Source: an uncultured Gammaproteobacteria bacterium (GTDB lineage: Bacteria; Patescibacteriota; Patescibacteriia; Magasanikbacterales; GWA2-37-8). From it: a stretch of 64,000 bases of DNA. Both the position numbers and the translations under genes were made by a program. The DNA is taken from the NCBI GenBank assembly GCA_964540825.1, contig CAZINT010000001.1:219396-283395 (forward strand). Direction: 5' to 3'. The notes under the pieces are model-generated. The model did no database searches, was not told the DNA's origin, and saw only the letters and a list, made by a program, of their open reading frames with translations. How positions within the stretch are numbered: the first letter of the stretch is position 1; each line of letters begins with the position of its first letter. This document shows positions 58,604-64,000 of this stretch, piece after piece.

Positions 58604-59956
58604 ATGGCTCGTACTACTGCCACACCTATTCCTGACAAAGAAATTACGCCTATCAATCCGACGCATACCGCCGGTAAAGCAGTTAACTACCGTGACAGCT
58701 GGCGTATTTTTAAAATCATTGCGGAGTTTGTCGAAGGGTATCAGTTTTTGAGCAAACTGGAGCGTGAAGTAACTATTTTGGGTTCTGCCAGGCTTAACTC
58801 GAATAATAAATATTACAAAATTGCCGAGCGCCTGGGTAAGTTACTGGCAAAGGCAGGCTTTACGGTGATTACCGGTGGAGGCCCGGGTATAATGGAAGCA
58901 GCCAACCGCGGGGCTTTTGAAGCAGGCGGCGAAAGCATTGGTTTGAATATTGAATTGCCGTTTGAGCAGCGTATTAACCCATATGTAAAAAAAGCGATCG
59001 CTTTTGAATATTTTTTTACGCGCAAAGTAATGCTCACGTCGCCAGCAAATGCCTTTGTGTATTTCCCGGGCGGCTTTGGAACGATGGATGAATTGTTTGA
59101 AGTCATGGACTACATGGAGCAGGGATATATGGTGCGTTCACCAATTGTGCTGGTGGGGCGAGAGTTTTGGCAGCCGTTGGTAAAATTTTTACGCCATCAA
59201 GCCGCGGAGACAATTCATTCAGCCGAAATAACGGATATTGATTTTTTATTTTTAGTCGACACTGCCGAAGAAGCTTTTGATTTAATTAAAAATGCCGGAG
59301 ACAGGCCGAATGTCGGCGAGGTTCACGAAGAAGGCGGGCCGTTTTATAACGATGGTACGGGTTGGCGCGTGTTTCGTATGATGGCCGAACTGGTTGATGG
59401 CTTTGAATTTTTGACGCAGATCGATCGCGATGTAACTATTTTTGGAACGAAAAGTATTGCCCCCGGTTCTACTTATTACGAAGCAGCCTATACCGTCGGC
59501 AAAAAATTAGCTGAAAATGGCTTTAGTGTTATTACCGGGGGCGGCCCGGGTATTATGGAGGCGGCCAACAAAGGCGCGTACGAAGCAGGAGGGGAAAGCG
59601 TTGGTGTCGGTATGCAGCTCAACGGTAAAGACCGGATTAATAGCTATGTAACAAAATCAAAAAGTTTTTATTTTCCATTCATCCGAAAACTCATCATCAC
59701 CTCACCATCGGATGAATTTATTTTTTTCCCCGGCGGGTTTGGTACGCTGCACCAGCTGTTTGAATTATTGACCCTGCAAGAAACCAAAAAAATTGAACCA
59801 ATTTCAACGCTTTTGTACGGCAAAGAATATTGGCAGCCGCTGATGGATTTTATTCATTCACTTTATAATGTCTACGGTACGATTAGTGAGATGGATGAAG
59901 ATTTTATCAAAGTCATCAGTTCTCCGGAAGAAGTGCTCAGGTACATGGGAAGCTAA
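58604..59956 (+). CDS. tandem LOG-family (TIGR00730) protein, two fused LOG domains
   Basis: ITGGGPGIMEAAN and PGGFGT occur twice, about 225 aa apart. Confidence 0.8.
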   Translation: MARTTATPIPDKEITPINPTHTAGKAVNYRDSWRIFKIIAEFVEGYQFLSKLEREVTILGSARLNSNNKYYKIAERLGKLLAKAGFTVITGGGPGIMEAANRGAFEAGGESIGLNIELPFEQRINPYVKKAIAFEYFFTRKVMLTSPANAFVYFPGGFGTMDELFEVMDYMEQGYMVRSPIVLVGREFWQPLVKFLRHQAAETIHSAEITDIDFLFLVDTAEEAFDLIKNAGDRPNVGEVHEEGGPFYNDGTGWRVFRMMAELVDGFEFLTQIDRDVTIFGTKSIAPGSTYYEAAYTVGKKLAENGFSVITGGGPGIMEAANKGAYEAGGESVGVGMQLNGKDRINSYVTKSKSFYFPFIRKLIITSPSDEFIFFPGGFGTLHQLFELLTLQETKKIEPISTLLYGKEYWQPLMDFIHSLYNVYGTISEMDEDFIKVISSPEEVLRYMGS

Positions 59957-59958
59957 CT

Positions 59959-60720
59959 ATGATTCCGTTTTTTCAGTTTACACAAATTCACCTCGGCCCC
60001 ATTACTATCCAAGTGTGGGGCTTGTTGGTTGCGCTTGGTATGCTTGCCGGCCTCTGGTTTTTTTACGTGCAGGCAAAAAAACGCGGACTTGAGGGAAATC
60101 TGGTTTTGGATTTGGGTTTGTACGCCATTATTGGCGGTGTTCTGATGGCGCGATTGTTTCACATTTTTTTGTACGAACCGGCGTATTATGTAGCCAACCC
60201 GGCCGAGATGATTGCTTTTTGGCACGGCGGGTCATCGTCATTGGGTGGTTTCGTCGGGGCGGCAGTAGCAGCGGTTATTTTTTGTAAAAAAAGAAAAATT
60301 ACCTGGGGTTTGTTTGTACCGTATTTTGATATTGGCATCCTGGGTTTATGGCTGGGGTGGGGAATAGGGCGAATTGGCTGTTTCTTGATTCATGATCACC
60401 CGGGGACGCTCAGCAGCTTCGTTTTGGCCGTACGCTACCCTGGCGGAGCGCGCCACGATTTAGGGCTCTATGATTCGCTTTTGGCCTTTGGTATTTTTAT
60501 TATTTTTTCACTACTTTTTAAAAAACTGATTAAAAAAGGATCGGGACTCGTGGCACTATATTCAATCATCGCCTACGCTACGGTCCGTTTCTTTTTCGAT
60601 TTTTTGCGTATTGCTGATGTGAAGTATTGGTACTTTACGCCGGCCCAGTGGGGGATGCTGGCAGTAGTTATTACCTTGACTTTGGTGCTTCGGAAGAGTA
60701 CAGTAAGGCAACCAAAATAA
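59959..60720 (+). CDS. lgt: prolipoprotein diacylglyceryl transferase
   Basis: Polytopic; GWGIGRIGCFLIHDHPG resembles the Lgt signature. Confidence 0.75.
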   Translation: MIPFFQFTQIHLGPITIQVWGLLVALGMLAGLWFFYVQAKKRGLEGNLVLDLGLYAIIGGVLMARLFHIFLYEPAYYVANPAEMIAFWHGGSSSLGGFVGAAVAAVIFCKKRKITWGLFVPYFDIGILGLWLGWGIGRIGCFLIHDHPGTLSSFVLAVRYPGGARHDLGLYDSLLAFGIFIIFSLLFKKLIKKGSGLVALYSIIAYATVRFFFDFLRIADVKYWYFTPAQWGMLAVVITLTLVLRKSTVRQPK

Positions 60721-60723
60721 ATT

Positions 60724-60808
60724 GGAGAGTTCGCATATCCCAAAGGGATCCCTTGGGAGTTGGTCTAGTGCGCACGTCCCGAAGGGACCCCTTCGGGGCT
60801 TGGAAATA
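60724..60808 (+). pseudogene. degenerate duplicate of tRNA-Ser 5' half interrupted by two GC palindromes
   Basis: ggagagttcgcat + [atcccaaagggatcccttggg] + agttggtctagtgcgcacg + [tcccgaagggaccccttcgggg] + cttggaaa. Without the bracketed inserts this equals the first 45 nt of the tRNA at 61065. Confidence 0.6.
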
Positions 60809-60815
60809 GAAAAGT

Positions 60816-61079
60816 ATGACTTGGTACATATATATACTTTTAAGTCAATCCAAACTCCATTGGTATATTGGTTCATCTGGCAATCTGCCGGATAGACTTC
60901 GTCGTCATAATGGTGGAATGAGTAAAAGCACCAAACCGTATAGACCGTGGAATATGGTATACACAGAATCCTTCAATACTTTGTCTGAAGCGGTACGAAG
61001 GGAGCGGTATTTAAAATCACCTCAAGGGTATAAGGAGTATCAACAAATAAAAAATAACATTCTTGGAGAGTTCGCATAG
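60816..61079 (+). CDS. small GIY-YIG nuclease-family protein (YhbQ/UPF0213-like)
   Basis: YIYILLSQSKLHWYIGSSGNLPDRLRRHNGG. The last 5 codons are encoded by the 5' end of tRNA-Ser. Confidence 0.7.
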   Translation: MTWYIYILLSQSKLHWYIGSSGNLPDRLRRHNGGMSKSTKPYRPWNMVYTESFNTLSEAVRRERYLKSPQGYKEYQQIKNNILGEFA

Positions 61080-61150
61080 TTGGTCTAGTGCGCACGCTTG
61101 GAAAGCGTGTATACCGAAAGGTATCGAGGGTTCGAATCCCTCACTCTCCG
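61065..61150 (+). tRNA. tRNA-Ser (anticodon GGA)
   Basis: Acceptor ggagagt/actctcc; anticodon stem cacgc/gcgtg; loop ttGGAaa; long variable arm tatacc-gaaa-ggtata; T-arm gaggg-ttcgaat-ccctc; discriminator G. Confidence 0.8.
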
Positions 61151-61224
61151 CATCTTGAAAATCGTAGTTGAAAGCGTGTTGCAAATGGGCGCATAATGGA
61201 CACTATTTATTTTGTAAAAATAAA

Positions 61225-61656
61225 ATGTTCAGCTCTATCTATCAATTAGGCGACAAACTGGAAGATAAGGTGCGGGGCTGGTGCAGTCATCGCCCGATTA
61301 CGTATGCGTTTATCGGCGGCTTTGGCGTGGTAGTTTTTTGGCGAGGAGCATGGAATACGGTCGATTTTCTTATGAGCCATTTTTTCGGTTCTGGCGGCGG
61401 TGAAACGTTGCTTTGGTGGGATGGGCCGCTTTCCCTCGCAGTGGGTTCGGCTATTACGCTTGCGACCGGTTTATTTGTGTCCAATTTTATCGGTAACGAA
61501 ATTATTATTTCCGGGCTGCGCGGACAAAAGAAATTAGTGGAAAAAACTGAGGCGGAAATTATTTCGGAAGTAGAAACAATTGAAGAAATTCATACGGATG
61601 TTCATGCGATGGCCAAACAAGTGCAGCATATTGAAAAAACAGTTGCAAAGGAGTAG
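61225..61656 (+). CDS. hypothetical membrane protein
   Basis: Two TM helices and a coiled C-terminus. The track start at 61168 is too close to the tRNA, so the internal ATG is preferred. Confidence 0.35.
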   Translation: MFSSIYQLGDKLEDKVRGWCSHRPITYAFIGGFGVVVFWRGAWNTVDFLMSHFFGSGGGETLLWWDGPLSLAVGSAITLATGLFVSNFIGNEIIISGLRGQKKLVEKTEAEIISEVETIEEIHTDVHAMAKQVQHIEKTVAKE

Positions 61657-61777
61657 TTCTGGTACTAGTTAAAAATAAAATTCAGCTGCGCTACCGCGAC
61701 TACCTCATTTCGAGTGAGGTAGTTTGAATATGTGGTATAGTATGAAAAATTCATACAAGGTGATTGATTAAAATGAT

Positions 61778-62026
61778 ATGACTAAAAAAGAATCCGGCCG
61801 ATTGCCGCATGTGCTGCCTGCGGATTTTAAAAAGGCTATTGCTACAACCCCCTCTGTCCAGGCGCTGTGGGACGATATTAGCCCGCTCGCGCGTAACGAG
61901 TGGATTTGTTGGGTAACGTCCGGCAAAAAAGCGGAGACGCGCGATATTCGTATTGAGAAAGGTATCTCAAAGATGAAAGGTGGCATGCGGAGGCCGTGCT
62001 GTTGGCCAGGGTGTCCGCATCGGTAA
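61778..62026 (+). CDS. YdeI/OmpD-associated family protein
   Basis: LARNEWICWVTSGKK...RRPCCWPGC C-terminal signature. Confidence 0.55.
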   Translation: MTKKESGRLPHVLPADFKKAIATTPSVQALWDDISPLARNEWICWVTSGKKAETRDIRIEKGISKMKGGMRRPCCWPGCPHR

Positions 62027-62050
62027 GTTGTTTGAAAATATATCGTACTA

Positions 62051-62080
62051 AAAATTTCCTTAGCGGAAATTTTTTTATTT
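62051..62080 (+). terminator. intrinsic terminator
   Basis: aaatttcc-ttagc-ggaaattt then tttttatttt. Confidence 0.55.
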
Positions 62081-62082
62081 TA

Positions 62083-62136
62083 AAAAATAGTTTAAAAAAG
62101 AAGAAGCCCCCGACACGACGAAGCGTGTCGGGGGCT
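62083..62136 (-). terminator. intrinsic terminator of cassette H
   Basis: Minus strand: agcccccgacac-gcttcgtc-gtgtcgggggct then tcttcttttttaaactatttttt. Confidence 0.65.
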
Positions 62137-62166
62137 GAGGAGGAAAGAGCGGGGGTAGGCGGGGAG

Positions 62167-63315
62167 CTAGCCGCCGTAGGAGTAGACGATCGGCCTGAGC
62201 GGGAGGGTCTGGCCCGAGGCGGTCAGACCCGCGAGAACTCCGTCACTCCAGCTGATGCCGTTGTTCGGCACGCTGACCTCGAGGCTCTGTGCCCCGCCGG
62301 TCCCGAAGTCGGTGGTGTCGAACGTGCACGTGATGGTCTTGCTCTGACCAGAGGAGATGGTGGAGGCGATGGGGAGGTTCAGGTTCCCGTTGATGGGGTC
62401 GCCCTTCCTGTAGAGGTGGCTACCGATCAGCGAGCCGTTCGAGTAGCACGCCAGCAGCCGGTCGTTGTTGACATTCTCGATGCTCGACTTCAGCGCGAGC
62501 TTCAGCGAGCTGACCGGGGTCGTGTAGTTGCCGTTGTTCAGGACGTTGGTGACGACGACCTTCACGATCGTCTGGGTCGCAGAGGGCGACGACGGACCTT
62601 TGGGGCTGTCGCTGGCCCACTCGACCCCGATCTTGGCGCGGTAGGTGGTGGCCGTGGCCGCGTGTGCCCCGAGCGCTGGGGACCCGGTCTTGTTGTCCTT
62701 GACGACCACCTTCAGCGTCTGCGCGGTCTTGACGTTCACCGCGGTGATTGGGGTGAAGTTCTCGAGCGGGGCGAGGATGGCCGGGGTGGCCTGCTGTCCG
62801 GTGGTGGTGAACCCCTCGTTGTAGTCGGCGATGTCGACCAGCTGGCTGATGTAGCGGCAGCTGTTGTTGGGCACGAACAGGTTGAGGTTGGGGTTGATCG
62901 CGTGGCTGTAGCCCGCCGCGATCTCCTGGCCGTTCACGTACTGCTCGAAGTTGGCCGCGGTCGCGCCGATGGGCGCCCCGTTCTCGTCGATGTACCGCGC
63001 GTTGCGGAAGATGGGCGGCTGCATGCCGTTGTAGCGCAGCGAGCTGATCACCTTCTCGAGGCGTCCACCGGCCTCCGGCGTGCCCGTCACGCAGATGGTG
63101 TAGGTGGCGACCTTGACGCCGATGGCGCCCATGACGTAGTTGGTGGGGCCGGGCGTGCTCTGATCGATCGCGACCGTGAGCGTGCCCGGGTTCTCGTAGT
63201 CGGGCAGGTTGAGGGTCGGGACCGGCTTGTCCGGCTCGTCGCCGGTCACCATCCCGCCGCAGCCGAAGGCGGCGGTGAGGGCCAGGATCATGAGGTGCTT
63301 GTGCATCTGCTTCAC
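62167..63315 (-). CDS. high-GC beta-rich lipoprotein, 382 aa (cassette H)
   Basis: Lipobox AAFGCGG. GAAGGAG SD 8 nt upstream. Thr/Asn/Gly-rich beta pattern. GC3 near-saturated. Confidence 0.5.
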   Translation of the reverse strand: MKQMHKHLMILALTAAFGCGGMVTGDEPDKPVPTLNLPDYENPGTLTVAIDQSTPGPTNYVMGAIGVKVATYTICVTGTPEAGGRLEKVISSLRYNGMQPPIFRNARYIDENGAPIGATAANFEQYVNGQEIAAGYSHAINPNLNLFVPNNSCRYISQLVDIADYNEGFTTTGQQATPAILAPLENFTPITAVNVKTAQTLKVVVKDNKTGSPALGAHAATATTYRAKIGVEWASDSPKGPSSPSATQTIVKVVVTNVLNNGNYTTPVSSLKLALKSSIENVNNDRLLACYSNGSLIGSHLYRKGDPINGNLNLPIASTISSGQSKTITCTFDTTDFGTGGAQSLEVSVPNNGISWSDGVLAGLTASGQTLPLRPIVYSYGG

Positions 63316-63445
63316 TCCTTCTTCGAAGTTGGACTAGGACATTCTCCAAAGCTGTTGCCAGCCTGGAAAAAAAGGCTTAGGCAGCATTTTTTTCAAAGCT
63401 CGAACAATTTCTAAAGTTGAACGACATTGTTTTAGGCGAAAATTA

Positions 63446-63474
63446 TTTCTAGCACAAAATTGCCGATGTGTCAA
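63446..63474 (-). promoter_or_regulatory. sigma70-like promoter for cassette H
   Basis: Minus strand: TTGACA, 17 nt, TGTGC TAGAAA. About 150-nt AT-rich leader. Confidence 0.45.
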
Positions 63475-63596
63475 GGGTAATCGTTGCTTTTTGTTTAAGA
63501 TAAGCAAAAATATTTTTCCGGATACTTGCAATTTTTGTATAAATTACATTAAAAAAATGATATACTTACCAACTGCTTATTCATTCTTAATAAACT

Positions 63597-63833
63597 ATGA
63601 AATTTTCAAAATACACAGCGATAGGCGCCCTTGTCGTCGCTGGTTTTTTAGTTACGCTAACGGTTGCTTGCGCACATGTCGCCTCGGCTGCTCCTGAGCG
63701 CCAGGCAGATGTGCGCGGCAAGGCAGCGAGCTCAACATTTAAAGCGCGTTTTGAGCAGTATCAAAAAAACTCTTTGAGCAGTACTGGGCGGGTTATGGGA
63801 GTTACAAAAATTCTTGAATGGCCGCGGGTATAG
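63597..63833 (+). CDS. secreted protein; a peptidoglycan-binding-like domain continues in a different frame to the window end
   Basis: Signal peptide MKFSKYTAIGALVVAGFLVTLTVACA. After the TAG at 63834, another frame reads ...FGPATTRALIKFQEVNAAVILKPFGLTKGTGVFGEATRK, which is PG_binding_1-like. Confidence 0.3.
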   Translation: MKFSKYTAIGALVVAGFLVTLTVACAHVASAAPERQADVRGKAASSTFKARFEQYQKNSLSSTGRVMGVTKILEWPRV

Positions 63834-64000
63834 TGTGGCAGCGAGTGGCCCTGGATCAAAAGGTAATGAAAGCACGAGCTTTGGACCGGCGACTACCCGG
63901 GCGCTGATTAAGTTTCAAGAAGTGAATGCGGCCGTGATTTTGAAACCTTTTGGGTTGACGAAGGGGACGGGTGTGTTTGGCGAGGCGACGAGGAAAGTAA

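Noticed and set aside
60724-61150. Intact group I intron-containing tRNA interpretation
   Set aside because: The downstream copy is already a complete, uninterrupted tRNA-Ser. The upstream piece is only a degenerate 5' half, so the arrangement fits a duplication or insertion footprint better than an intron.
61996-63414. 472-aa plus-strand ORF and 309-aa alternate minus frame (62420-63349)
   Set aside because: Overlap lipoprotein gene 62167-63315, which has a lipobox, SD, promoter and terminator. Both translations are R/G/D-rich junk; high-GC artefacts.
1-64000. CRISPR arrays, rRNA genes, IS/transposase or integrase genes
   Set aside because: No direct-repeat/spacer periodicity, no rRNA-like conserved blocks, no DDE/tyrosine-recombinase motifs seen. 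The only repeats are the palindromic element (11144/15244) and the tRNA-Ser partial duplication.

Overview
The window is a gene-dense segment of a low-to-moderate-GC bacterial chromosome, roughly 40-48% GC by eye. Assigning it to a streamlined lineage such as Patescibacteria/CPR is inference only. No rRNA genes, CRISPR arrays or transposases were seen. The backbone carries cell-envelope genes (Mur ligases, mraY, murB, a PBP2/FtsI-type transpeptidase, murF, lgt, an LtaS-like sulfatase, a cardiolipin synthase), a complete suf Fe-S cluster operon, gatCA, typA/bipA, gpsA, rarA, tsaE, a tandem LOG-domain fusion and a P-type ATPase. It also carries a very AT-rich type III restriction-modification island (mod/res plus a PD-(D/E)xK nuclease-like gene). 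Two RNA genes are called: a tRNA-Ser(GGA) whose 5' half is duplicated upstream around a small GIY-YIG nuclease gene, and an atypical tRNA-like gene (anticodon CUC) with its own promoter and terminator. Many genes sit behind a very regular sigma70-type promoter (TTGACA, 17 nt spacer, TGnTATACT). The most striking observation is compositional. At least eight discrete high-GC cassettes (about 60-70% GC by eye, GC3 near-saturated) are scattered through the AT-rich backbone. Each is monocistronic and driven by a host-type consensus promoter, usually with a long AT-rich 5' leader and a Shine-Dalgarno site. Each encodes an exported or membrane protein and ends in its own intrinsic terminator. The products are two proteins sharing a thrombospondin-type-3-like Ca-binding motif, three lipoproteins, a coiled-coil/beta-rich secreted protein, a beta-rich secreted protein, a small membrane protein and an atypical cytochrome P450. 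The small membrane protein cassette lies antisense inside the suf operon. Other items worth a second look: a four-helix-bundle (23S IVS-type) protein gene bracketed by 37-bp inverted repeats, with a cargo-less copy of the same palindrome 3.7 kb away; three tightly packed large hypothetical proteins, one with a degenerate PP2C-like region; a highly structured 340-bp intergenic region; and a possible attenuator in the typA leader. Every functional call is based on motif recognition by eye and no database search was run.
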